From: the human T2T-CHM13v2.0 reference genome, Homo sapiens
NCBI RefSeq assembly: GCF_009914755.1
Contig: NC_060935.1
Direction: 5' to 3' (one strand)
DNA length: 64,000 nucleotides
Below the pieces are notes generated by a model that saw nothing but the letters and a program-made list of their open reading frames with translations, was not told where the DNA came from and ran no database searches. How positions within the stretch are numbered: the stretch's first letter is position 1; each line of letters starts with the position of its first letter. A program made the translations under genes and the position numbers. Shown here one piece after another: positions 1-42,890 of this stretch.

Positions 1-191
1 GAGCGAGACTTCGTCTCAAAAAAAAAAAAAAAAAAAAATAGAGACAGCCTCCCTCCTCTCCCTTCCCCACAGAATCTGGGAGCAGCCCCTAACTATTACC
101 ACTAAATCTTCCCGGCCTTTGCCTGCCTCTCCATGTTTTTTCCCCTAGCTCCTCTTCTGCTATGCATCTTTCTCCTTGCCAGGTGTCTTAC

Positions 192-8691
<8,500 letters not shown>

Positions 8692-8794
8692 TTACTTGTG
8701 GAAATCCATGCATTTATTTACCTTAAATATATGCCAGGCACTAAAGATAAAATAAATAAGTTATAGTCTCACATTCAAGGTCCATACAGTCTCT

Positions 8795-9518
8795 GTACTG
8801 GGTAGAATCCAGGCTACACTGCTATAACAGACTGCCAAGATATGGCAACTTAAATAATGTAGAGCTTTATTTCTCTCTTATAATAGTAGTCCAGAGGCTG
8901 GGTGCAGTGGCTCATGCCTGTAATCCCAGCCCTTTGGGAGGCTGAGGCGGGTGGATTACTTGAGGTCAGGAGTTCAAGACCAGCCTGGCCAACATGGTGA
9001 AACCCCATCACTACTAAAAATACAAAAATTAGCTGGACATGGTGGCAGTTGCCTGTAGTCCCAGCTACTTGGGATGCTGAGGCAGGAGAATTGCTTGAAC
9101 TCAGGAGGCAGAGGTTGCAGTCAGCCAAGATCGTGCTACTGCACTCCATCCAGGGCGACACAGTGAGACTCCATCTCAAAAAAAAAAAATAATAATAATA
9201 GTAGTCCAGAATGAGCAGTCCTGGATAATCAGGGGGCTCTGCCTCAACATCAGTTTCTAGGGTTCTCTAGTCATTTTCATTTCTTAGCAAGCAGGAAGGA
9301 AAAAGAGGAAGCATGGGCAATTGACTTCTTCATGTAGATGAATGTCAGACTGCACACGATCCTTCTTATATCCCATTGATCCAAATTTAGTGTCATGGCC
9401 ACAACTAGCTGCAGGAGAAGCTGGGGAATATAGTCTCTCGATGGGTTGCTATGTGTCAGCTAAAACTCCTGGAGGTCTGTTAATAGATACTGGAGGCTAG
9501 TCAGTGGTCTTTCTCACA
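8795..9518 (-). mobile_element. Old MaLR LTR (MLT1J/K-like) with AluS insertion 8897-9194
   Basis: MLT1-type motifs (gctataaca..., ggccacaactagctgcaggagaagctgggg). Alu TSD taatagtagtccaga. Confidence 0.6.
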
Positions 9519-9545
9519 GACTTATAGCAAAGAAAGAAAATAATC

Positions 9546-9767
9546 TCGGCTCAAGGCAACCTCCACCTCCCAGATTCTCCTGTCTCAGCCTCCCAAGTAG
9601 CTGGGATTACAGGTGCGTGCCACCATGCCCGGCTAATTTTTGTATTTTTAGTAGAGACAGGGTATCACCATGTTAGCCAGGCTGGTCTCGAACTCCTGAC
9701 CTTGTGATCTGCCCGCCTCAGCCTCCCAACGTGCTGGGATTATAGCCGTGAGCCACCGCGCCAGGCC
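9546..9767 (-). mobile_element. 3'-truncated, tailless Alu
   Basis: Alu lacking its last ~50 nt and A-tail, flanked by a perfect 15-bp repeat agaaagaaaataatc (9531-9545, 9768-9782). Confidence 0.9.
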
Positions 9768-10429
9768 AGAAAGAAAATAATCAAACAATTGCAGAAAAAG
9801 ATGGTAAGTACTTAAATAAGTTTCAGTGACAGAACAGGAGGAGGAATTGTCATCTGTGCCTAGGGTGATGACCAGTTTCAGGGGATGTATCCCAAAGGAG
9901 GTGATGCTTGATTCTGGGACATGCTGAATATGTCAGTAGTAAGAGGACAGTAGGAAACATTAACAATAGAAAAAGAAGCCAGCCAGGCCAGGCATGATGG
10001 CTCACACCTGTAATCCCAGCACTTTGGGAGGCTGAGGTGGGTGGATCACAAGGTAAGGAGTTCAAGACCAGTCTGGCCAAGATGGTGAAACGCCATCTCT
10101 ACTAAAGATACAAAAATTAGCCAGGCATGGTGGCAGATGCCTATAATCCCAGCTGTTTGGGAGGCTGAGGCAGGAGAATCGCTTGAACCCCAGGGGGCAG
10201 AGGTTGCAGTGAGCCAAGATTGTGCCACTACATTCTAGCCTGGGTGACAGAGTAAGACTCCATCTCAAAAAAAAAAAAGAAGCCGCCAGCCATGGTGGCT
10301 TATGCCTGTAATCCCAGCACTCTGGGAGGCTGAGGTCAGCAGATCGCCTGAGCTCATGAGTTCAAGGCCAGCCTGGCAACACAGCAAAACCCCGTCTCTA
10401 CAAAAAAAAAAAAAAAAAAAAAGTGGTTT

Positions 10430-13375
<2,946 letters not shown>

Positions 13376-13538
13376 TGTGGTAGGGACATTTAGTGTTCGT
13401 ATCTAATGCTTCTTTTTTTTCTTGACACATGGGAGGATTATATTTCCCTTCCCTATTGCACTTAGGCAGCGTCATGTGAATAGTTCTGGCCAGGGGATTT
13501 GAGCAGAAGTTGCATGTGGTGATTTTAAAGCACAGCCT
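13376..13538 (+). mobile_element. 5' part of an MLT1J-like LTR plus start of an MLT1F-like LTR (continuation lies inverted at 14020-14101)
   Basis: tgtggtaggg...cacttaggcagcgtcatgtgaatagttctggcca...gagcagaagt, then tgtggtgattttaaa. Confidence 0.6.
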
Positions 13539-13574
13539 TCACCCCGCACCCCTCCCCCGACCACCCCCAGCCGA

Positions 13575-13801
13575 GAGGGATTCTCAGTCTGTCACCCATC
13601 CCCCAGGCTGGAGTGCAGTGGCGTGATCTCAGCTCACTGCAGCCTCAACCTTTCCGGGCTCAGGTGATTCTCCCACCTCAGCCTCCCAAGTAGCTGGGAC
13701 TACATGTTAGCCAGGATGGTCTCGATCTCTTGACCTCGTGATCCGCCTTCCTCAGCCTCCCAAAGTGCTGGGATTACAAGCGTGAGCCACCGCGCCCAGC
13801 T
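13575..13801 (-). mobile_element. Chimeric Alu: AluJb right arm joined to AluSc left arm
   Basis: Jb diagnostics (ctgcagcctcaacc, gggctcagg, tcccacctcagc) fused at gggactac|atgttagcc to Sc diagnostics (ggatggtctcgatctcttgacctcgtgatcc). Confidence 0.85.
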
Positions 13802-14101
13802 AAAGTTTGTGTTTTTATAAGTTATCTGTATACTTACCACACATCCTCACTTTTCCTGTTCCCCCAACTTGTCAATATTGTTCACCTTAATTTTAGTAAG
13901 GTCATTTCTTAGCACTTAGGTTACTCTGACCATGTAGATACTTTTCGTTGTTGAGCCCTGGAGTACGCTATGACTTTCTTTTCCTTTCCTGCACAACTTT
14001 TCCTTCCGGTTAATTATCTTGCATATTAATCAAGATGGGCCAGGTTATGCTACAGTAACAAACAACCCAACTCTCAATAGGAAGAACATTAAAGAATTTG
14101 G

Positions 14102-14378
14102 AGCCAGGCCAATGGCTCACACCTGTAATCCTAGCACTTTGGGAGGCCGAGGCAGGCCAATTGCTTGAGCCCAGGAGTTTGAGACTAGCCTGGGCAACAT
14201 GGAGAAACCCCATCTCTACAAAAATTAGCTGGGTGTGGGGCACGTGCCTGTAATCCCAGCTACTCGGGAGGCTGAGGCAGGAGAATTGCTTGAACCTGGG
14301 AGGTGGAGGTTGTGTGAGCTGAGATTGCGCCACTGTACTCCAGCCTGGTGACAGAACGAGACTCCATCTAAAAAAAAA
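14102..14378 (+). mobile_element. Chimeric Alu: AluJb left arm joined to AluSc right arm
   Basis: Left arm gagcccaggag/gggcaacatgg (J); right arm gcaggagaattgcttgaacc...cctggtgacaga (Sc). Confidence 0.8.
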
Positions 14379-14952
14379 TAGAGAAAAGAACAAAAAGAAT
14401 GATGTTTAAATGACTTGAAAATAAAAGCTGAATAATTTCAGAAATAAAATGAAATGAGAAAAAGATTCACATCAGTTACAAATTCCAGGATGTGGAAAGA
14501 TACATGAAATCATACGAAACAAAGCCATATAGAAAAAGCCATATGGAAACAAGCAGCAGTCACAGAAATGGTGGGAGAATTATAACCCAAGAAAACATGT
14601 CCTTTCATTATGTTAGATCACATAATCCACTGTGTTATATGGAATATAAAATAATATTGAGAAGCTGGTCATTGTCTCATTATTGTTCTGCAAAAGGATA
14701 CCAGAAAGCACTGGAATAAGTGCCGAAGTCTTTTATACACTTTCTGGTACCATATCAAATAGAAAATAAGCATCCTTTCATTATCACCTTGAAAACAATT
14801 AGTGAAGCTAGAAACATTTCTCATTAATTTCCAAATAAATTATTTCCATTTTCACACATAACTTGTTCTGCCTTCCAGAATCCACTGCAAAGTACGATTT
14901 AAATTACTACCCATTTAAATGCAGTAGTTCTTTAGAAAAGGTGGATGATTTT

Positions 14953-18265
<3,313 letters not shown>

Positions 18266-18539
18266 AAAAACTGAACTTTAGTCTTGTAAAGCTATGTTGA
18301 AAGATATAAGAGATTTGTGAGCTTGTTTTGTACCATTTTTTTCTTACAAAGTCTATGTTGACTCTATTGGTCAGGTCCTTGGTTGCCTGCAACAAAACCA
18401 GCTTGAGAACCTTATTCAAAAAAGAGAGTTAGTAGAAGAATGGTTGAGGTGCAGAGACTTGATGGGAAAGTGGAGGCCAGGCTTGGAATGAATCAAAAGA
18501 TCCTGGGAGTCTGGGCAGTAGGAACTGCAGGAAGCCAGT

Positions 18540-20630
<2,091 letters not shown>

Positions 20631-20635
20631 AACGG

Positions 20636-25363
<4,728 letters not shown>

Positions 25364-25604
25364 TCAAGAAAATTAAGATAATCATAATGGCAGAATGCCA
25401 GTGGTTCAGAGGAACTATAAGAAGAGTACCTAAGAAAGAGGTGAGTGGCAGGGAAGGCTGCTCAGATGGTATGATTATTGAGCTCACTATTGAAGCAGAC
25501 ATAGGAGTTTCTTAGACAGAAAAGGGGTAGAAGATATTCCAAATAGATAAAACAACATGTGGAGGGGCAAGAAACGTAAAACAGTATAGCCTTGACACCT
25601 TGCC

Positions 25605-26090
25605 TCATGATTCAGCCAGGAAACAGATGGCACAATTGTAGGTTAACCGAAAAGAGTTTAATGAAGTGACTATTTCCAGAGATACAATCAGCATCAAGGA
25701 TACTAATAAAGGATGGTGAAGCATTCAGAGCTAGCAACAGTGGGAAGCCATTGACCACCTGGTTGGAAGAGGAGAGGACAGAGAATGGTATTACCAGAAC
25801 GTGGTGACAGCTGTAGCCATGGGAGAGGGTCCACCCTACAGAAACCCTGACTAGAAGCAGAGGAATACCACCACTGCTAAGCCACAGCCCAGCAGAAGCA
25901 AACAGAGGGATAAATACTCTGACTTCTCTTTCCTTCTGTCTCCAGCCAGCGCCTCGCATTGGCTGAACCCCCCTGCAAGCTGGAGGGCAAGGGAGTTTGG
26001 GAAAGCTTTTTGTGAAGGACAGCTTCCTCAGGCCTAGAGAAGGATGGAGACTAGATCTGGAGAGACATACAGAGAATCGTTAGCACACCT
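25605..26090 (-). mobile_element. Old ERVL-class LTR (LTR33/LTR41-like)
   Basis: cagccaggaaacagatggcaca...gagtttaatgaagtgactattt...cattggctgaaccc. Confidence 0.5.
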
Positions 26091-26181
26091 CAGATTCATA
26101 TCCCAGGTCCATACAGTCTCCTGTTTCTTGAATAGGTGCAACACAAGACTGTACCTGTAACTAATACTGTGACAAGTCTGC

Positions 26182-26557
26182 TGTCTTCGTGAGTTTGGGC
26201 TGTTATAACAAATTACCACAGAATGGGGATTTAAACAACAGAAATTTAGTTCTCACAATTTTGGAAGCTGGAAGTGGATGATCAGGGAGATCCTGGTGCC
26301 AGCATGGTCAGGTTCCAGTGAGGGCCCTCTTCTGGGTTGCAGACAGCCACCTTGTATCCTCACATGGTAGAAAGAGGACTAGAGTGCTCTCTGGGGTATC
26401 TTTTTTTAAGGGCACTGGTCCCATTCACGAGGGTTCCACCCTCATGACCTAAATTACATCCCAAAGGCCCCTCCTCCTAATCCTAATACCACCACATTAG
26501 GGTTAGCATTTCAACATAAGAATTTGGGAGGGACACAGACATTCGATCCATACTACA
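26182..26557 (-). mobile_element. MLT1A-type MaLR solo LTR
   Basis: gggctgttataacaaattaccaca...aacaacagaaattta...cccattcacgagggttccaccctcatgacctaa...gggacacagacattc. Confidence 0.85.
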
Positions 26558-27003
26558 GCCCTTGTTTCTTTTTCCTAAACTGATAGAGAGAAGAGTTCAT
26601 TAAATTTTATGACAAGTGAGATTCTTAAGATCTAGTTTGTTGTACAACCTGTGCCCTTTACTCAGTCTTTCAATATGCTTATTTTTAACCACAATGATGT
26701 AATAATCTATCAGATTTTTGAAAGCAAAAACAAATAATCAGACAGTATGAGATGACATAGCATGTAAGTGCTTATTTGTCTAACTAAAAATAACTACTAC
26801 TTTCGTGTTCTGTCAGTGTATGAAACTTGCGTATTAGTCCCATAGAATATTTTTGTTCACTTGAGATACCTCATATTTTATTTATAAATTCTAGTTAAAT
26901 CATATTAAGATATCTTCAAATGTTATTATGGTGCTAGATTGTTGGAAGGAGAAGAAAAAGAACAAGTTGTCCTTATACAACCTTTTTTCTCTTCATTTTT
27001 CAG

Positions 27004-27430
27004 ATCAATAACCCGATCTTATTACCGCAACTCAGTTGGTGGATTTTTAGTATTTGACATTACTAACCGACGATCTTTTGAACATGTGAAAGATTGGCTA
27101 GAAGAAGCAAAAATGTATGTACAGCCATTTCGGATTGTATTTCTGCTAGTGGGACATAAATGTGATTTAGCTTCACAACGTCAAGTTACAAGGGAAGAAG
27201 CTGAAAAACTGTCAGCAGACTGTGGAATGAAGTATATAGAAACCTCAGCAAAGGATGCTACAAATGTTGAAGAATCCTTCACAATCTTGACGAGAGACAT
27301 ATATGAACTTATTAAAAAGGGAGAAATTTGTATTCAGGATGGCTGGGAAGGGGTTAAAAGTGGTTTTGTTCCAAATACTGTGCATTCTTCTGAGGAAGCA
27401 GTAAAGCCCAGGAAAGAATGCTTCTGCTGA
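27004..27430 (+). CDS. RAB39A: RAB39A coding exon 2 (last exon), C-terminal two-thirds of the Rab GTPase
   Basis: Polypyrimidine tract plus AG acceptor at 27002-27003, phase-2 start giving (R)SITRSYYRNSVGG. Rab motifs YYR, LVGHKCD (Rab39-type G4 box) and ETSAK are present, with a C-terminal CxC prenylation motif (ECFC) and TGA at 27428-27430. The translation matches my recollection of human RAB39A. Confidence 0.97.
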
Positions 27431-28129
27431 CTTCAAACATGCTGAAGAACTAACAGGAACAGATTGGGTGTCAGTTCAGGATAAATACCAACATTAACAG
27501 CAGAATGATGCAATGAAAGAATTTAAAAAGGTTACAAACCCACACCAATACTATTTTATAAGGTATTTGATTCAGAGCATGATGCTTACTTGTTACACTA
27601 CTAGATTGGGTATTTTGCTAAATTACCAAGCAAAGCAGACAATCTTTTTCTTGAAATTACCTCCATTCTTACTTTGTTAGCATACGCTGACCTTAGTGTC
27701 CAGATATGTCACTATTACTCATTTTTCTTGACAGTTCAAATGGATTTTTGTGCATATATAGTCAATTGAAAAGATTTTATCAGGAATTACATTCTCTTGA
27801 GTTAATTAATATTGAATAGCAAAATGCATTTAAATATGCACTGTTCACCTGCAGAGTAAACAATCTCAGAAGTATCAACTAGGACGTAAATAGCAGTTCC
27901 TTATATAAAGTACCAGGTTTTTTCCCCATTCTCTGGAAATGTTTGTCCTCCCTTAATTTTGCCTCAACACAAGAAAATAAGTTTTATGTCCATTTTTGTT
28001 CCCTAATTTATTGCTTCTAAAAATGCATTATGTTTTACAAAGATATCTAAGGATCCAAGCAAACTACTTTAAGCAAATATTTGTAAAATTAAAAACGGAG
28101 GACCGCTCACCAAATGTTTGAAATGTTGC

Positions 28130-32507
<4,378 letters not shown>

Positions 32508-33229
32508 CTATAAAGGCTTTAATCTTAGATTCTATGTATTTTAAATGGTAGGATACAATCCCAACCAGAAGCTAACTCTTGGAAATTTCACAGCTGATAA
32601 ATAGACATCTCTGCTTCAGAATCTTTCTTAACTGAATGTTTTCACCAAATCTTTCTGAGCTACTGATCTTCACTTGATCTTAAAATAACAAACTGATCTG
32701 AACCTTAATGAACTGCTGCATGACCTGGTGTTTCTATACTGCTAATGACTGATGCAAGTAGACACATGAGTGATGAGCTGTGACAATCTATATCAATCAT
32801 TACACAATCTAGTTCACTTACTGCACATAATCATGGTAGAAAATAAATGAAAACAAAATTTTAAGGTATAAAAAATTAGTGTACCTCATTATTATTTCTG
32901 GGTAAATTTTTTGTCTTTTAAAAAATAGTGCCTAAAACATTGTCTTATCTATGTGACATTCAGTGACTACTAATTGATGGTTATTGTGTTGAATTACTCC
33001 TATTAAATGTGGGTTCCACATACTTGGTTTCAATTTATACATTCCATGGAAGAATAGACATGTTTTATTATCATCATCTCTTGGCATTTTTTTTCAGGAT
33101 AACAGACAATGGAAGTAGGATAAGTGTAAACTTTTTGAAGTATGTTATTAATGTTATTTGATTTTAAATAATGAATAAAAGAATGAGAATGAGAACTATG
33201 ATTGTCATAGAATTATGGTATCCATCTTT

Positions 33230-33331
33230 TTTTTTTTTTTTTTTTTTTTGGAGCGGTAGCAAGGTTTATTGTGAAGAGCAAAAGAACAAAGATTCCACAG
33301 CGTGGAAGGGGACCCCAGCAGGTTGCTTCAC
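33230..33331 (-). mobile_element. Polyadenylated LTR12 (HERV9) R-region retrocopy
   Basis: The minus strand reads GCAACCTGCTGGGGTCCCCTTCCACGCTGTGGAATCTTTGTTCTTTTGCTCTTCACAATAAACCTTGCTACCGCTCC-poly(A). Perfect TSD ggtatccatcttt at 33217-33229 and 33332-33344. Confidence 0.85.
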
Positions 33332-33847
33332 GGTATCCATCTTTAACAAGCCATCTTTGGTGGTGCTTTTAAAATAGAAACAACTATTTAACTGCAATTT
33401 TGTGTGTATGTATTCACAAATGAAGGGCAAAAAAGAATCAATTTGAGATCCACAATACTTTACATATTACATCATACCATGGTGGAATGTGGGGTAGAAC
33501 CCCATAATCAGACATTAATATTTGTACAGCAAATATATGAATATTCACACCATAAGAGATAAGATCTATAAATAACCTGTCATTAGTTCGGGTCAGGTTT
33601 TTGTTGCCAAATGAGTTGTAAAAAGAATCTTTGATTTTTCAAAGCTTTTTGGATTTCAGAATTGCAGAAAAGGGTCATGTACTATGTACTATGCCTTGTA
33701 CTATGCTTTAACAGATGTTTCAAAATTTGTAACTTTCCTCTACTTGGCTCATCTTTGTCATGCTTCAACCTTGCACGTAGTGGGAGCTTATGAAATTTTG
33801 AATTGAGCTGTTAAATCACACAGAAAATATTTATACCTTCTGCATAA

Positions 33848-37754
<3,907 letters not shown>

Positions 37755-38339
37755 GGGATTTTTTTCTGAGTAAGTAATTCATAATTCCAATGTCATTTAT
37801 TCCTCTCTCCAAACATTTGAATTGCCATCTTTATATATACTTTCTCTATATTTATATATCTATATTTTAGCTCTATCTGTATCTATACAGAATCTGTTTC
37901 CAGACTATTCAGATCCACTGATTATTGGTTTAATGTTGAGCTAATACCACACTTTCATTTACTAAAACTTTAAAATATGGTTTGATGATGACTATCCCAG
38001 TTGCTATAAGCTCCCCCATCCCCACCAGCAACCAGACTATGGTCCCTAAATACTATTTCCCACTAAAAAGAACCAAGGTTTTTTGGTGAAATGGCTGATT
38101 CCTAGTCTGAGGCAGGAAATGTATAAAATGAGTCTGGGCATCTTGTCACACCAGAAAATAAGGAAGCTACAAAAGAATATTAAGAACTTGCCAAAGCACT
38201 TAGAAGCAAACCTGAAGAGGCCAAAGCTGGGACAATACGAATATCAAAATGAATAATAGTGGAGTAAAAGAACATTAAGTACTTATAAATCTATGAGTTC
38301 GAAATGACACTAAAATAATAATAATTGTGTAGTGAAAGG

Positions 38340-39520
38340 AGCCACTTACACTTTTATTCCATGATCCCTAGACCCATGGGGAAACTTTAGCATATAATGG
38401 TCTCTGATTCAAAGACTATACAATACTGCATCCTAAGAGACAGAACCCTATCCTTTCAGATTTGTATCTACTAAATGGCGGTATAACTGAGTCTTCAGTA
38501 AGCCATTTTACCTTTCAATTAGGTCAACTGCTTCTGGGCGATGAGATATGTGGTAAGACCAAATAATTCCATAGGCATGACCCCACTGCTGCAGTTCCTT
38601 TACCACGAAATGAGTTCCTTGATCAGACACAATGTTAGGGATGATGGCATTACCTGGATAAGGCATTCTGCAAGTTCAAGGATGGTACTGCTGCCAAAAC
38701 AATTGCGAAGAGCAAAGGTAAAACCACATCCAGAATATGTATCTATTTCACTAAGAACAGATCTCTGCCCCTTCCATGATGGAAAAGGTCCAATGTAATT
38801 AATCTGCAATGGACAGCTGGTTGATTCCTGTGTGGAGGATTCCTAAGACCATGCCAAGGTTCAGTGATTCACCAGGAGGATTCACAGGATGCAGCATATA
38901 GTTGCACTCACAGTTGTGACTTGTTACCACCAAGGATACAAAGGAAATCACCCAAGGGAAAAGGTGCATGGGATGAAGTCTTGGGAGAAGGCACATGCTT
39001 CCAATGATCCTCTCTGGGTAGAGTCACACAGGATGTACTCAATCTCACCATCAGCTGTTGTGACAATATGTGTGAAATGTTGTCTACCAGAGAGGTTTGT
39101 TAAGAGACTCAGTGCCCAGGGTTTTTACTGAGGGCTGGTCACACAGGCAGCTTCTTCCTGGAACATGTCAAAATTCCAGACTTCCTGAAGGAAAGTAGGA
39201 ATTCAGCATAAACTATATGGTTTATATGGACAGTTTAGGCATGATATACCATTTTTATCCATTCTGGGAATGGTGGGAACCCTCCTGAAACCCAAGTTCC
39301 TAGATGCCAGCCAAGGGCCAAGCTTGTAAGCAGACCTTTCAAAGTATAGCAGTCAGGCCTGCTATGTTAACTCTTTTCTGCCTGGTCTCCCTGGGGAATA
39401 ATAACAAGTCAGGGGCCCCATGTTGGTCTCTTTTATTGGACATTCAGTGGGGGCAATAGCTAGGTCACAGTTGGCAAGTTGGGGCCCATGCTGTTGAGTT
39501 CAAGCACAAAGCAAGGCAAA
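38340..39520 (-). mobile_element. Ancient ERV-L integrase fragment split by a MER21 LTR
   Basis: ORF 38600-38809 QINYIGPFPSWKGQRSVLSEIDTYSG is homologous to HERV-L QVDYIGPL..KGQRFVLTGIDT. 39383-39520 encodes the AWTQQHG...TECPI zinc-binding region. Confidence 0.8.
38829..39381 (-). mobile_element. MER21-family solo LTR
   Basis: aggttcagtgattcaccaggagg...gagactcagtgcccagggtttttact...gcagtcaggcctgctatgttaactcttttctgc. Confidence 0.75.
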
Positions 39521-39865
39521 GGAAGTTAAATTTGGTGCCAGAAGCCATCAGATGACAACTCTCAAAGCTGCTGCAATCTACTTCTTCATTTAAGTTTGGG
39601 AGCAACCCTCCAGGACTCCAGTGGACCTCTCCTTACAGGGAAACTTAAGAAGAAGAGGAAGGTTAGTGGAACAAAATACAAGAAGCTTCTTCGGCAACTA
39701 GTCTCAAGGCCACAACTGACACTCATCATCTTCTCCTCTACAATCCATTCTGGATTCCCCTCACCCTCATCTAGCATCTCTGCTGGTTACAACGATTTGC
39801 CTGATCATGTGACACAGACCCTCATCCCTGATATCGAAAGCACCTTAAACCCCAGGACCAGTGAC

Positions 39866-41399
<1,534 letters not shown>

Positions 41400-42792
41400 A
41401 TATGCCCTTCTCAGCCTGAGGTTACTGCACTTCTCCATTTACAATCAAACTGGACAAGGGAGTCCCACAAGGCACCCAAGTGATGCACATATTTTTCCCT
41501 GCCTCACTGCATAACAGCATCCTTACCCTCTCTGATAAAATTCTATTACCCTTGCCAGAATGAAGACTCCATTTCTTGTCTGCTGGTTCCTTGCCATACA
41601 ATACAAAGTGCCAAGTGCAGACATAGCTTATAATTAACAGGACTCTTACTGTGGCCTCTGGCAAAACTGTTCCCCTTTGGAGATCGGGACCTCTTAACCT
41701 GCAGAGTCCAGGATTGCAGAGATAGAGAAACACAATTCTGAAGTCTCAAGTAGCTCACTGGGAGTGATGGTGAGGCCACTTCTGCTTTCACCCCTTAGTT
41801 CCTGGATCCATGTATTCTTCCTGTTGGGGACACTTGCTATAAATAGGTCTTCTATTCAAGGTAAACTTTGCATCATGGAGGATAGTGCCCATCCTTGTAA
41901 AGTATCTTCACCGAGCAGGCACATCAGCTCTGCCTTTAACAGGCCATTCTAATGCTCCATCAGGTCAGCAGTTTATGGGTGGTGCAGTATACGATATAAT
42001 CAGGGATCTCATGGTCATGGCCCACCCCTGCACATTCTTTGATATAAAGTGGGTCCCTGATCTGGTGTGATGATATACTCGTGCTTTGCTGAGTCAACGC
42101 AAGCAAGAAAGGCAGAATCATACCTAGCATATGTGTCTATTCCTGCCAGAATTAACAATTGACCTTTCAATGTAGTCTACTTGCCACCAAGTTGCCAGTT
42201 AGTCACTTTGAGGGATGGTACTTTATCAATGACTCCGTGCTGGTCTCTGCTGCAAGCAGATTGGACATACAATGGCAGACATTCAACCTGGATAAGTGGG
42301 GGCCCATACTGTTGGGTCTATGTACAGCCTTCCTCCCTGCCATCACGACTACTTTGCTCACATGCCCTTTATGCCAGAGCTGAATGGGCAATGACAGAGG
42401 CTGGCTGATTCCAACTGGGAGAGTAATTTTGTTTTCTTGGTTGTTTAGTGCCTCTTCTGAGGCACATGCTCTCATTAGTGCTAACATGTGATATGAAGAC
42501 CTTCATAATCAGTACCTGCTTCTATATATTCACTCGGCCCCTATCCTTGACTTCTTTGCCCTCAGTCATCATCCCCTCACGCCCTGATCAGAGAGCCATG
42601 CCTTTCCCACTGCCCAGGAGTCTGTCTATTCTACTTCAAGCCATTTCTCTTTCCACACAAACTGAGTGACCAAGGTATCAAAAAAAAAAAAAAAACAGAT
42701 CTGGATATTAGTTAAAGTGGTAAAAACAGATTTTACTCAGTAACTATTACAATAGGGGGAAAGGGACTTTGGTATAGAACTGGACTCAATTT

Positions 42793-42890
42793 GGCCAGGC
42801 TCAGTGACTCATGCCTGTAATCCTAGCACTTTGGGAGGCCAAGGTAGGGGGATCGCTTGAGCTCAGGAGTTTGAGACCAGACTGGGCAAC
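42793..42890 (+). mobile_element. AluJ left arm, cut by the HERV-L integration
   Basis: ggccaggctcagtgactcatgcctgtaatcc...gagctcaggag...ctgggcaac ends abruptly at the LTR TG. Confidence 0.9.

Noticed and set aside
26938-27003. In-frame upstream AG (26936-26937) that would add 22 aa to RAB39A exon 2, and the ORF-track start at 26939
   Set aside because: It has no polypyrimidine tract and would disrupt switch II. The strong acceptor is at 27003 and the N-terminal extension is intronic.
32770-32840. C-box-like GTGATGA suggesting a C/D snoRNA
   Set aside because: No properly spaced CTGA D box or terminal stem, and it is not intronic.
42680-42792. Short probable ERV1-LTR fragment beside the AluJ
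   Set aside because: Family could not be assigned from memory and no termini or TSD were visible.
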